Shown: positions 12,501 to 26,100 of the stretch, in pieces
How positions within the stretch are numbered: the first letter of the stretch is position 1
How the letters are laid out: each line of letters begins with the position of its first letter
NCBI GenBank assembly: GCA_965644265.1
Contig: OZ286461.1
Span: 44,702,001-44,766,000, forward strand
Reading direction: 5' to 3'
Length of the DNA: 64,000 nt
Origin: Glycera tridactyla
Taxonomy: Eukaryota
The notes under the pieces: model-generated
Databases searched by the model: none
Told to the model about the DNA's origin: nothing
The model's input: the letters and a program-made list of their open reading frames with translations, nothing else
Program-made: the position numbers and the translations under genes

Positions 12501-15500
12501 GATTCAGAGATTCAATTATCGCTAAAAGTGTAGGGAATGTGTGAACTTTGTAGTCACTCTGGATAGGTTTTGCAGTGTAGTGAGGTGAAATCCATGAAGA
12601 TGGTGGATCTTGAAAATTGCGGTGTATTTTGTAAATGCGCGATGAAGAATTCATTTTGGTTTGATCCTAATTGAATATCATGCTCAACATGAAAAATGCC
12701 AAATTCTTCAGATACCTGTAGACTCAACTTTCATCATTGGTTGTCATGTTTCAATATCCATGTTCAGTTTCTTTGTAGATGAAATATCATTGCTCATGAT
12801 TAGAAACAGCTCCTGGTTTTCATTCATCTTGTATGAATAGCAGCCCAATTGATTAATATGGAGAGACGGGTAACAGCCTTTGTAGTCCTAGTCTCATGTT
12901 TCCAGATGAAAATTGTTGTGAAGAAGCTGTATCTATCTCAGATTTTGTTTCTTCCGATACTGTCTAACTGATCTTTTCTGAATTAAATCTTATGAATTTT
13001 CTTGAAGAACATAAAAAAGGTTGATGTTGGTGAGTGAGCGGGATGGCTTATTTGTATAAGCCGTGAATTGCTCCAATGGATACATTGATGTGAATAGGTT
13101 TGAAAGCATGACGATCAGTAGATGAATATGTATTGTCACGCACTCTTCACCTGCTATCTTTGACCGCATCAAATCATCATCTACTAATTAACTCATGTGT
13201 GCCAAATTATCTCCGATATATGTGCCATATTTCATCTGTAATTCCATCTCGTAGATTGATGTGGGCGTAGACATACTTCATAACCAACTTGCTGAATGAT
13301 TGTCAGCCTTGATAAAGCACTTCCATCTCACTAGAGTGCTGATATTGTGAACTCGAGAAAGACTTTGACATTCATCATCTCTTGTTCGGGTGACTCAGAC
13401 GACAATGGATGTCAAAAAAAGGGTTGGTGAAAGGCTGGCCTTGATAAGTATCTCACTTGTGTGAGTTATCCTGCATGCAAGATTCATCGGGTTTCCCGGC
13501 ATTACAGTATACAGAGAACTTGAGAACATGTTGATTACTTGTTCAAGAAAAGAAGGATTAGAATTCTTTGGAGCATTGGTTGAATTTATCAGTTGGCATA
13601 TCCGCAAATATGTCTTAAGAAGTAGAACAAATTAGAGAGATGAACAACCACCAATTTTGGAAGGCCACTGGTGAGACAAGACCTGATTTTGATCATACAA
13701 TTGCAGGCCCAAAAAAGGGGTTCCATTGTGTGTTTGAAAGTGGGTAGTGCCATTTCATTGGGTTGTTCCATCGAATTCCCAGTTTGAAAGTGGACTTTCA
13801 CAGGAGACTCATTCTTTGAAGGATGTCCTCCTTTACCATTACCAATACCTCGCCAGTAGGATGATGAATTACAAGGGCACAGAAGGGTCGAGTTGAAGAT
13901 GCTTTTCTCACTGTAGAGAACGTGTTCATTGGGTCAATGAGATCAGATAGCCTATCTTGCATATATGTGGATGACTCCTCGAAGGAGAGATTGACAGCCA
14001 GTTGTCTATCCCATGCTCTTGATGAATGGCAATATGAAGATTAGGAGAGCTTAGCTCAGCCGGGATTCATGTTTACGCAATGGTGGCTGGCGGAAAGCCG
14101 GAATGTTTCACCTCCAGGGGACCCATCTCATTGAAGGTTCAGTGCATTTGAAATTCAGTTATGCACTGTAAAATATCACGATTTCATGAGAATAGCAAAG
14201 CAAGCTAGTGTTTTTACCCCATTTTCAAGTCCAGTAAATGCATAGTGAAATGGGCCATCATGATTATCAGGTTGGTAAAGAAAGTAAGACGTGGTGAAAG
14301 TTCACCACACTAAAGAAAATATCTCTTCTTGATTGTCATGTCATCGATGATGATGAAGATAAATGGGAATGATGATGTCATTAACATATAGGTTATCTCT
14401 TAACCACACACACTGTATATTGATAGCCAGAGGTATAATGCTACTTTCCGCAAATGTAATGGAATCTTTGACAAAATATATAACATTATAGGCTATGTAG
14501 TGCTGGGTAGATGACCAAACAGAAGAACCAAACAGCCAGTAACCTTATCAGAGGTCTGACTGTATAGGGTTATTTCCCACATGGTTTAGGTTCGTATTTT
14601 GGTGCACAAAATTGTGACTCATGCTAATATATGACAAGTTAGGTAAAGGTGGCAGAGTTGACCCACTATGATGGTTTGATGAATGAAATTGGGGGTTGCT
14701 TTGCAGACTAGTGAGGTTCTGGTTGGGTATAGGAGTGAATTATTGTATAAGTTGACATGTACAAGCACCATACTCTTATCAGCAGATGTGATTCAAGTGA
14801 TAATACACTGCCCCTCTTGATGTCCTTTCCTTGATGGCATCTTGTGCTACTGAAGTGGTGTGAGATATGGCTGATGAGTGCATGAAATTTCACTCATAGT
14901 AGTTGTGCATCCCATGCTCATTTTGCATTCATTCGCCTAAGAATTATGATCAAATGAGTAAAATGACAAATTGTGTGCCCTAATCTTATCACCAGTACAT
15001 ATTATGTATAATGAGTATCATTTATAATTCAGAGTCTGTCAATACTCAATGGATATATTGTTCAGTAAGTCATCAAATTCACCAAATTTAATACTGAATT
15101 TTCAACACAAATTTAGTATGTATACAGTGTAACTTCCCTGAATTCTGTGATGAATGCTTGGGACAGTAGTATAGGTAGTCAGAATCAGTGTCTGCGTGGT
15201 ATAGACTGGAAAAGCACTCATCATGACCAGTAATAGGTGCTAATTCAGTCTGTGCCGTCACTGGGGTGATGCTTGGCGACACTGAGTAAGGGCGGGGAGA
15301 TGGTTGTTGTAAGTGGGTTGACATCAATATTTACCTCAACTCTTCTCTCTATATATGTATAACTATGATGATTACCTGCCATATTTCCCTCCCTCAAACT
15401 TCCACTTGAACTTTAGCTCGTCAGACTTGACAGCCTTTTATCTTGGCACCCCCCATACTGAATGATTGACACCACATCCTGTGGACACAATGCTGCAAGC

Positions 15501-18500
15501 ATGCATTGCTCTTGAGTTGAATAGTATAGTCGAGACCCACAACATTTTTCTTGAGTTAAATCACCATGTTTTGAGCCATAGCACAGGCACAGCATTCCAT
15601 TTGGCGGACAGAAATCACAGGACGAAATTCTCCTTATGTGTATGCAGGGAAAGATTCTTCAGGGACTTTTGCTGGGACATTAGAACAACAGAATACTGTT
15701 GATACCCTCTTTTCAAGTCCACCTGCCCTGTTATAGTTGGTGCCTATCACTCAATTTTCTTGTATAGTTCATGCAAATCCTCCTATCCACCCATCAGATT
15801 GGAGGGTTAAAAGTATCAGTCGTCATCTGTGGGACAGGTATGACCTAAATTTTCAACAAAGAAATTTTCAGATTCCTCAAAATGATAGATTAAGATCACT
15901 ATGCTGCTCATTATGATTCTCTTGAAGGCTAAAGGTCAGATTAAAGTGGTTCAGTGCTTCATTTCTCTGCCACTCAAATTGCTGGTTATTCTATATTTAA
16001 GGCTGCAAAAATTCAATTACATCAGCTCGATTATCAATTGAAATCCTCGGTCAACATCTGTTTGACTCTTGGATGAAGTGAATTTGAGAAGGCAATCTGT
16101 ATTGGGAGACACCTAATGTCTGGCTTTTTCTGTAGTGAAAGTTGATTGAAACATGTTTAGCAGGCTGTGTGACGGTTGCCCGCATTGCCTTGTAGGTTGG
16201 TTATCATATGGAGATGATCTCTCCATGTGCCATCTGTGGTCAGAACTAGATACTACGCAGGTAGTGCAGCATCGGGCACCATGTGTGCAGCGCCGTGATT
16301 CGGTGATTACCTGCTTCGCTGCGCCAGTTTGAAATCGCGCCAGTCGCAACCGCGCCGAAACGAGATGATGCTCATCGTGCGCTCAAGCATGAATAAACCA
16401 CGTAGATAGATTGGCATCTAATAGACTCAGAATGGATGCACATTCTGTGTCACAGCCACTGGCACCCCCACCCCCTATTCACGTCAGATCTCCTGGAGTG
16501 AGGATACATGCCAACATCTAACTCTTAAAACCTGGCACCTAGTGGCAATTTGCAAAATTGAAGCCGATTTCCTCGTCAGTCGGACAGTCGACTTGAACCT
16601 CCAGTGATGAACATGTGTTCTCACCTCACACTTTTCACAATCAGACAAACCTGTTGATGATCTCTTTTCCTGAGGTGTAAATTGGACCCTTTTTGCTGTA
16701 ATTTGACCATGTTTTGGTGTGAACTGGCTAATTGGTCTCATATCGATTCTCTCTGTAGTTCTCCCAGTGGGACTTGCAGACACTCTTCAAGTCATCTCAT
16801 GTACTGCTCACTTTCACATGAGCATAATGCTGCCAATTTTCCCGAAAATTCATGGTATTCATTCAAATTCTTTATGGGAAATCGATGTTGAGGAGTTGCT
16901 GCAATCTGACGGCATCTTTCAAGACAGATATTTTCGAGAACATCAGCGTTTAATTTCAGAAATTCAACCATGTTTCCTCTGATTTTGCTTAAATGCAGCA
17001 GCATATCTGGCATCAAATTATCCATTTGTATTCCTTCCACTAAGATGGAGAGGATGGCAGGAGCGATGATCATACCGGGAGCAATGATCAAACCGTGTCA
17101 GTCATCCATGAATAGTATTCGGTGATGCATGTTGGGTGTTGACTGCACGGAGCCACTTGGTGTGAAGTTGCGTAAGATGCAGTGGATTACACTAACGGCT
17201 GGATTTCAAATCCCCACATGAATTGTTGTCGATTGAGACACATAATCGGTGGCGCAGTGTACATAAGATTTGGAGGCATGATTACTCCCACCCAGGAGGG
17301 GGGGGGGGGGTCATGACGGAAGGCAGGTCATTAGGTGGCTGGGAGGTGTGAAGTGTGTGCCTGGTTGCAATAACTGGAATCGTGGGCTTATGTTCGCTCG
17401 ACTGCCAATTGTATACAAGTCTATAGGGATAAAGCTGCGGGAGCAGAGTAGGATTGGGCACCAGATTTAGGTATTATTTAAGTGGTTTTAGGGACTTAGC
17501 CACCCAAAGGTGCTAAAGTGTGTTGTAAGTGTGTAATGAGCCGGGAAGTTGCACTTCAGCTTGCGACGAGATTTCGAACAATCCTTAACTAATTAAATTA
17601 CGGAGCTGGAACATCTCAAAACATAAGGCAATCACGGTATTACTATGTGGGCCACTCCATCTTGAAACACCACTTTTGGATCACAGCTGTGACGATCAAC
17701 TAATTCTGAAGCAAAGGAAAACTAATCTAAGAAGTTGCTTGCGTTGAGACTCCTCTTCACATGTTCTTGAATACACTTCATTATGTGAAACCATTTTTCC
17801 GTACTCGAATACACCTTCAATGTGTGAAATCGTTTCCACTGTCACACAATGGGTTTCACTATCAAGAGACAACATGGTATCATTTGAGGACTCAAGTTTG
17901 AATCTGAGTCCACCTGTTTTGTAAAACCACTTTCAATGTCTCGCAACAGGTTTCACTGCGTCCAAAGATTGCATGCTATCATTTCGATGGCTCAGCGCAA
18001 TACTAGGCTAACTCACTATGGACAAAGTACTGAGTTGGCCTAGGATTGTGCTGAGCCATCGATTTGATGACCCAACTTTTGCTTTCGGGACAAATGACTC
18101 CTAATATGTGTCATTTGGCCCTGTGGGGATGTATGAATGATGGGTAGATTCCGTGGTGGTGCGGGGTACCCATCTTCAATGCACCTGTCAAGGTTGAATA
18201 AGAAGGGTTCATTAATAAGTGGAAACTGACCGCAAACTCTGGTAAGATGAACCAGGATGTAATGCCTCAGTGAACTCACCGATATTGTTCGATAAAGGTT
18301 CGGTACATCGACTCTTGGACACAGTTTGTGGGAGGCTGTATGATGAACAATATGTGTTTATAGGGGCGACAGTAACGGAATGAAATGAAACGAAAAAATA
18401 TAGGAATAAGCACGAAGAATAACAAACCTTCCTATAGTCTTTTCAATTTATGAAGACATTCTCCAATGCATTTCAATAGGGACTGAAGTCTCCTTAAATG

Positions 18501-20597
18501 TGAACAAACTTTATTTTCAACAGGGGAGGCTATCTTCCACAACGAGTGACTGACAGTTCCTACTTGTTGACTGTTTTTTTAAAAGGTGCTTGAGTTTACA
18601 ATGTGTCAAGTTTTCCATTTTCCGTATTTTTACTTTAAAAACATATGATAGATTCGAGAAGTTTCAGCCTATGCAATTTGCACAGAAGAGTAGGTATAGG
18701 GGGTCTCGAATTGAAAGGTTGAGGGAAGTGTTTCGAAATTCAGTAGCTTGAAAAATTGATTGAGCACGGAAACTCCCATCTGAATACTGGGCTTTGTGCA
18801 GTAATCTCCTCTAGGATTAATTGGTGATGTGCTGGATCCAACCGCTATCACATCAGATTAACTGTCTACACCACCCCCAAATACTTTCTTTGTCAAGTTG
18901 TGACACATTTTCGGGGAGCCCTACAGGGTTGTTTACCTGCTGGTAGTTAGGTGCTACCAAATTTCATTCTTGGCCATCAACACTTCGTTAAGAGCCAGCT
19001 AGTGCATACAATGTTCAGAATTTTCAAATAACTCACAATTTGGAAAATTTCTTCTAATATAGTATTGGCGCTGGGCCAGTTTGGTTAAAGCAGAGATTCC
19101 ATTTTAGCCAAATTGCTCATGATTTAGCCAAAAGCATAATAAAACTTCTTCGAGTTTGCTTTAATGTTATATTGAGCTCTAGACATGAGAAATATATTTA
19201 GTCTCTTTTAGCCAGTTTGACTTGTGTATTTCTGTAGCCAGATGAGAAAAACTTCAGCCCCTTGCTACTTGGCTAATGGTTTGCACCAATGCAGCCTATC
19301 GAATTATGAGTTACATGTACTTTTTGTGCCTCCATATTTTGAACTAATGACCTAACCCAGATATGTAGTGCTTGAGATTTGATGTTGTTAGCACGGTAAA
19401 TTCTTGCAATACCTATGTTTTAGTTGGATCATCTGATGGATTTATAGTCCAGATGTTTTATACAAAATCTGGTTGGTGATATCAGATTTATTTAGTAATC
19501 CATTGTGTAAAACATGCTAATATGTGGTGCAAGAAAATGGGTGGGACATTAAAAGGATGATGATCATGTGTTAGTTGGATAGAGACAGGTATGAAAAATA
19601 ATTCCCCTGCACAGGTTTCATGACTGGAAAAAAGCGGGAAGAAGCAGGAAAGGAAATGATTGGCTGAAATCTGATCTGGAGTTGTGCACCTGCTTCCCAG
19701 TGTATTCTCCGCTGTTGATAGATGCTCCCAAAATCATCCGTAAACATCATGTCTTTCATCTTCTCACTAGTCATCCATTCAACATGTGGTTTTGTGAAGG
19801 TCATTGTAGATGAAGGACTCATTTGATGTGATTTTGTACCATCCAAAGAAGTTTCGATTCATGTGCGTTCTAATATGTGATTTGGATTGAATTCTCATTC
19901 AGCGATGAAAAGGTCACACCTGAGCCACCCACTTGTATCCTTGTATTCAGTCATTTCTCATCTAATCCCTATTAAATTCAGCTGGATAAAGATGTATACA
20001 TATCATATTTTAACCTCCACACTTCTGCCAGGCGGTGTCCCCATCTCTCCAATATTGAACAGTTTATATCAAGGTATCATCCTTTACATTAACAGTCTGG
20101 TATGGGATTGAAATAATTGATTGATTTATGATTGATTGATTTATCGATGTTCTTTTCTGCCCAAGATATACGATAATGAAGAAAGCTTGTATCTGTTTGG
20201 AGAGCAAAATCACCTTGTCTGGTTTGCTCATATATATTTGAGTTAAATCATAAATATCATCAAAATCTCTGAAAATGTAATGTGTACATTTCAATGATCG
20301 TGACACACAGTTTCATCATCAGAATGGTTTGTGACTGCATGCAGTCACCATCCTATTTCATCCAAAAATGCAGATGCTTACAGTTGAAAGGTGATTATCA
20401 CCGCTGAGTGTGGTGTTAAATATGATAGCTTGCTCGTTTGTCTGATAATCAACTATATATGGTGACATTTAAATTGATGTTAACTTGCCTGCTGTCTGTC
20501 TTGTCATAGCTGTCCCTGTTTGAAAACCAGTATGACATTTTGTGCAAAGATAAAACGAGTAGATGTGATATTTGATGCATCATGTGCATTTCGCCTC

Positions 20598-20598
20598 C

Positions 20599-20651
<53 letters not shown>
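20598..20651. repeat. (TCTG)n microsatellite
   Basis: Direct reading. Confidence 0.98.
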
Positions 20652-21539
20652 CCTTCTCCCACCCTCCCTCTCCTTCCTCCCCAGGATTCACTCCCATTGT
20701 CATTTGATCATTTTAACAAAGCAAATGGTATAAAGTAAAGTGAATGGCATCTTGAAGGAGCCTTTAATTTAGGTAATTTGGGGTGTAATTTCTGTGTGTG
20801 GAATAATGATTGCTGGGGGGCAGAAGCACTCCAGGATCCAAGCATTAGAGCTAGGGTCCATCCCAAGTGAGTCTAGGTGCACCCCTCTGGCGCAAGCCTG
20901 TGACCGCTCAATTAACAAGCAAGCAAGTGCGATTTCTGGAACATTTCTCAATCATTCTAAGAGATGCCAACTGCTATGATTTTGGAGTAGCAACTACTCC
21001 TATTGGGCCACAATTCTTGCATTTTTGAGTGATGCAGTCCTTGGATACCGAAAGATCAGTTTTCCTTGGGCAATTTCGTTAAATATGTTGTTTGAGTACT
21101 CTTTCATTATATCGTTCTCGATGTGATGTGAAACAAGAATGAACTTGGTTGATGCTCTCTCATGTCTTGCAGTGACATTGTTCACCATCCATTGATTGTG
21201 CTTGTAAAATAGGTGTGAGTGATAGAGAGCAGATTGTGTTTTTTGTTCAAACTTTGGTGTAATTACAGAGGATGTCACTCATGCTGTGCATGCTTGCTGC
21301 AGGCCATAGGCGATGGAAGATCGTGGGTGCTACCCCCTTTCTCCCTTCAAATCCCCCCCCCCCCCCCCCCCGTCCCGTTTGATGACACTGCTGCTCCTGA
21401 TAGAGCATCATTGCGCTGGAGACAATCTGCTCGTGGGTGTGCGAGTCACTTTTCATGGCCTGAAGCTCATTCCCGAGTCCTTCAAGCTGTTTACCGAACT
21501 CATCACACACTCGAGGTGGCAGATCGTAACAACCAAAAT

Positions 21540-22030
21540 GATCATTTCGCCTGTTGTGAAATCCAATACGGCTGCATAATGGGGCTATGCCAGAGATTGC
21601 AACGCGATCGCAGCTGCCACCTTTGATGCTTCGGGTGATTCCCGGTGTTACCGATGGCGACGCACGTTAGATCTCCTGCCACAAAGCAAGATCGGCATAT
21701 CAGATCTGGTGTAGCCTTTCTTTTGCTTGTTATCTTGTAAATAACACACGGAGCGTGAGTTCTGAGCAAGTTTGACAACTCGTTAGAAAGCTGATAGTTA
21801 CACATCAGGTACGATTCGCCATTGGCTGTGCACTCTGTCCGCAATCAGGCCGATTTATCAAATGGTGGAGGCCGGAGCTCAAAGACAATTGTACATAATC
21901 TTACTTGCGAGATACGCTCCGTGGTGCATACTTGCTGTGCCATCAAGAGACGTCACTGACCTGACTTAGCATTTGTGTCTTTGATCGCATCATCAAAGTT
22001 GAAGGTCAGATGCTGGGCACTTTGCGAAGC
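21540..22030. promoter_or_regulatory. CpG-rich patch with three TCF sites (candidate Wnt-responsive element)
   Basis: CCTTTGATG 21620-21628; inverted pair CTTTGATC 21979-21986 and CATCAAAG 21991-21998. Confidence 0.4.
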
Positions 22031-23033
22031 AAAATCATACACTAATTCTTAGAGAAAAGGGAACAAAATTGCTGTGATAGCAATTGTAACGAAATAGTGT
22101 ATACTTGCAATTACACTGATGACCACTAACAATTTGTCTTGAGTTATCTATTGCCAATTATTCAAGGTGTATTTTTGTGCATTTTTTTCCCCAGGGGCTA
22201 AAAATTCTCAACTCAAAATATACGTAAAGGTTTCCCACCCAACTCGGATTATGAATATCCAAGAGGTAGATGCTGTTTCTTTGGAATTAAAACATCTGCA
22301 AAGCACAGAGTTGTTCCCCTTTCATGGAGACCAGACATGGACAATTCCAGCTTCTTCAGTTGATGTTCTTTGGTACTGTTGTATATCACTGTGTTTCACT
22401 TGGAGGCAAACACTGTGGCTTTAGAGTGAATGGCTAATATCATCACACCTTCTTTCATTGGCTTGTATACTGAAGAAAAATGCTACCGAGCAACCCCACT
22501 GAATTATGATCTGGCACGGATGCCTCTTTTCATTGGGCAGGGTAAGAGGCCAGAGCCAAATTTCCCGTTGGTGATTTCCAGAGCAGGCAGGCATGCTGAC
22601 TTGTATGATTCTGTGTTCATTCACACCTCAACAACTCATCTACATGAATGAAATTGCTATTCACACTCGTAATTATGCAGAGCTGAACTGCTCACAGAGA
22701 TAATTTTCATGATCCCTGGCTCCCCTTTAATAATGAATCTGCACTGGTGCTAAACCATGTACAGTCAAACCTCTCCAAAAGACCAAGTAATACCAGAAAT
22801 TACGGAAGTACATGTACATTTGTTCCACTCATGATTAGTCTTACTGTATAAGTGGTTTGTGCTCATGTGCCAGAGTGCAGGGGACTGCTTTGATTTGTAA
22901 TTGCATCTCGTTTTTATTTTGTCATGTTTGGTGCTACTTGGGAGCCTTGAGGTAGCCATCTCCATGTAAGCAATATAATTGTCTAATGCTAGGAAGATTA
23001 CTAATGTCTTGCTTGTTTGTTTTTTTGTTTCAG

Positions 23034-23157
23034 GGGAAAATCCCATCACCGCATCCTGGTCCGTTATCATCGTTAATGATGTACAATAATGACCATTTAG
23101 CACAGCCCCCTCCAGCACATATGGGTATTCCTCCAGTACATATAGACCCCAAAACAG
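23034..23157 (+). CDS. TCF: TCF/LEF exon, proline-rich context-dependent regulatory region (GKIPSPHPGPLSSLMMYNNDHLAQPPPAHMGIPPVHIDPKTG)
   Basis: Acceptor ttttttgtttcag, donor G|GTAAGA; phase 0 in, phase 1 out. Ends in the TCF hallmark DPKTG (vertebrate TCF7L2 PADVDPKTG exon, which as I recall has the same phases). Confidence 0.95.
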
Positions 23158-26100
23158 GTAAGATCTTCATTATTATTATCTATCTATTTTTGAATGGGAG
23201 AAGCATTAGCTCGTATGTGTTCTTGCCAAATATTGAATTCTGTCAGACATGGTGGGGAGAATTTTGGTGAGAGTGAGTCTAAATTTCAGCCTGTCAGACA
23301 ATGGGCTTGTTAGCGTCCCATGAATTGTCTGAAAATTGTCTTAGAACTTTGTGCGAGTGCTACTGGGAGTGAATTCTGTAGTCTCTGGTCCACCAGTGCA
23401 AGGAGAGTGATGTAAGGGACTCAGAAATTCCCTGCCCACACCTGTCTAATAATACAAATCAGATGTACCAGGTATAAAAGTGATGTACTAACAAAATCAA
23501 TGTCTCTATTTGCTGCCAAGATGGTCGGGAACAGTTGTTAGGTCATTCATTAGCGGGAAATGGGCCAGGCATAATGGGCGTAGGTTTAGTTTATCAATCA
23601 GAATAGCCTCACTTTCAATTTATCGCTGATTAGCGACTCACTTGTGATCTTAGCTAGTCGAGCTTTGTGATTTGCTCGTGTGCCCTGTCCGCATCCATTA
23701 CATGCTGTAACAAAGTGGCTAGTGCAGCGTGAAATTCGACAAATAATTGGGAGGATTCGAAACCCAGACTCCCCACTGTATGCCCATCTGTGTTTCTCGT
23801 AATTATACCCTTCTCCCTCACATGAAACATCATTATCACCATCCCTGGATAATCATCAGTGAACCCTACTGGTATCCTGGCGAACGCCCTGATGAACATC
23901 ATGTGTAATCATCATTACTAGTAATGATTAAGAGTATCAAGTAATGACTCTAAACCCAGAGACATGTGATGAGTTTATTTGGGAGTCAGGCATCCTTCAT
24001 TTTCTCATCAAGACGGTGTCTATTTAGCATTGAGAGCTTCAGTATGGTGGGAGTTCTGTTGGATACTTGTGAAGTTATTGCTCTATTATTGCATAGGTTG
24101 TCGCTGTCATCATACGTATGAAATATACTGGAGGGTGGTCTGGTGATGGTTCTCCATTCATCGCACTTGTATACCCCGTATTACTCCTGATGTGATCTCC
24201 GTCACCGGCTGAATTGAGAGCTCTCAATGCCTGTCACTATTTGAACAAATGCTGTCAAGATTGTATTTGGATGTATATATTGCTAGGTTATGACTGGAAT
24301 GCCCCTTTCTCCCCTCTCTACCAAAGATCATAGCCATTTACGGAGTCTGGATTGGATCTTGCTTCTTTTCACCCTCTGTATTCTGAAGTAGTGAGTGCTA
24401 CAATCCTGAAAAATCAGCTACCATTGAAGCCGAAATAGTTTCAGCTTTGTCTCAAGTGAGTACTTCTGGTCACTATATTCTCCTTGCATTTATTAAGAAA
24501 ACAACTCAAATCATCAGGTAATTTTTTTCAAGACAAATGCATTTAAAACAGTAGAATATCGAAAATGGGGTGAGGTGATTCTCTTGCGAAAGTCTGGGAA
24601 ACTCAACCCTTAAGTACGAAATCCATGAATATTTTTCCTTCTCATCTGTTTGTTTCTCGACTAGTACAAATGATGCAAAAATGCACTGAAATGCTCTGTT
24701 GTGTTCTTTGTGAGCAGTTATCAAGGGTTTGATTCATGTGCAGTAAAGCAAGTATTGAAATTGCAGATTATCGGTTGATACTTGCTATCCAGGTACCTCT
24801 TCCTTTTCAATCGAACATAAGCATGCTGGGAGGAGCACCCTCCCCATGAACAGGTAGATAGAGTGCCCGATGCCATCTCAAAGTTAATTCCGAATGCTTC
24901 CAGGCATTACGCAGCCTCTCTTTGATCACTCAGCTGGAAAATGTGGCGCACGCATGGCGTCTTTGATATCGGTCGAATGGCCTCAGTTGGCCATCTTCCG
25001 CAGTGTCCGCAGCTTCTTGGTAAAAATGACTCGGTGCTATCAATTTATAATTGCTTTGTGGTGCTGCGGGGCTGCAGACTTACGGGGGACAAAGAAATGG
25101 GTAAATGTGTCCTAACGTTGGTGATCTAAATGCAGCGGACGCACATATATATGTGTACAGTATAGCAGTCATTGTAGTATTCCTATTGTTAGCACGCCCA
25201 TTTTGGATGACATTTCTACGTGTAACACATACATGAATCCAGTGAAGTCAAGGTATCGAACATTACTCCGTCATAACTCCGTCATTTGACTATTCATATC
25301 AAATTCTCCCGTACAATGAATACCAGTGTCTAAGTTATCAGCCATGGATGTTTGAGTTGTAGATTCGTCTCTTCACGGAGAAGTAAGAGTTTGACGTGAG
25401 GGATTCGTGGTCTGAGGAAGTTGAAACCAGTGCTAAATCATTCATTATTTATTTTGTATGATAATGAACCAAGGCATGCCTCGCTGTAGGCAATTTGTTA
25501 CACAGCCTGATTTGTGGTATGCTTCTTTCAGTCCTCGGTACATAGTACCTCATTTTGAAGGATGGCTAAATGTGTACTGGTATCATTTCTGTCCTGTATG
25601 GCCTGTGAATCTTTTCACTTGAGACTTATTATGCAATTTGATAGCTGGTCCAAATCTGAAAGCCAAATGGCGCAGTTATTCTCATCTTGCATCAGTGAAA
25701 AGACTGAGATGAGGATTTTCAAGAACTGTCCCAAATTCAGCTTTTGTAAGTATATGGGGGTAGTTTCAGAAAATTAAGTTAGGTTTTAAAAAGTTCTGTT
25801 CCAGTGAAATGGCAGGCTTGACCTGGGTGGGGAGTAGTTCTTGAGTAATCTCAAAGATGTGGAAGTGTAATATTACACCATGTATAATGTATACTCATTT
25901 CAGTTGCTAATGGCTTGAAAAAAAAACACACTTAGCAGTGAATGCTGTAGACTTCATTACAAAGACGTTGCAGTAATTATATGAGGTTTCATGAATGGTG
26001 CTGGAGAGTGCTTATTTACTCCTATCTGAATGAGAATGGGATGACGTCGGTGTTGATAAGATGTTCTTCAGAAATGTGGCGAAAACCACAAATGAGCTTA

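Noticed and set aside
13215-13327. DGS and KYGTYI as mononegaviral L methyltransferase motifs
   Set aside because: Different frames, imperfect matches, and about 35 codons apart versus over 100 residues in VSV L.
15181-15203. YHADTDS as the family-B polymerase YxDTDS motif (Polinton idea)
   Set aside because: Spacing is off by one, the flanks are not hydrophobic as expected, and no other PolB motifs were seen.
16525-20062. TGA-as-Trp reading (NUMT or mollicute transfer)
   Set aside because: The translations resemble no mitochondrial protein and the composition is not extremely AT-rich; CpG decay explains the TGA bias more simply.
21313-21579. ORF with YPLSP and poly-Pro resembling a TCF exon
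   Set aside because: Poly-Pro comes from a C homopolymer; no convincing splice sites or phase fit.
1-23033. Beta-catenin-binding first exons
   Set aside because: No DEL/FKDEG-like coding segment recognised; the gene start presumably lies upstream.
23750-23775. Reverse GGTTTCGAATCC as a tRNA B-box
   Set aside because: Extra base, and no A-box or stems.
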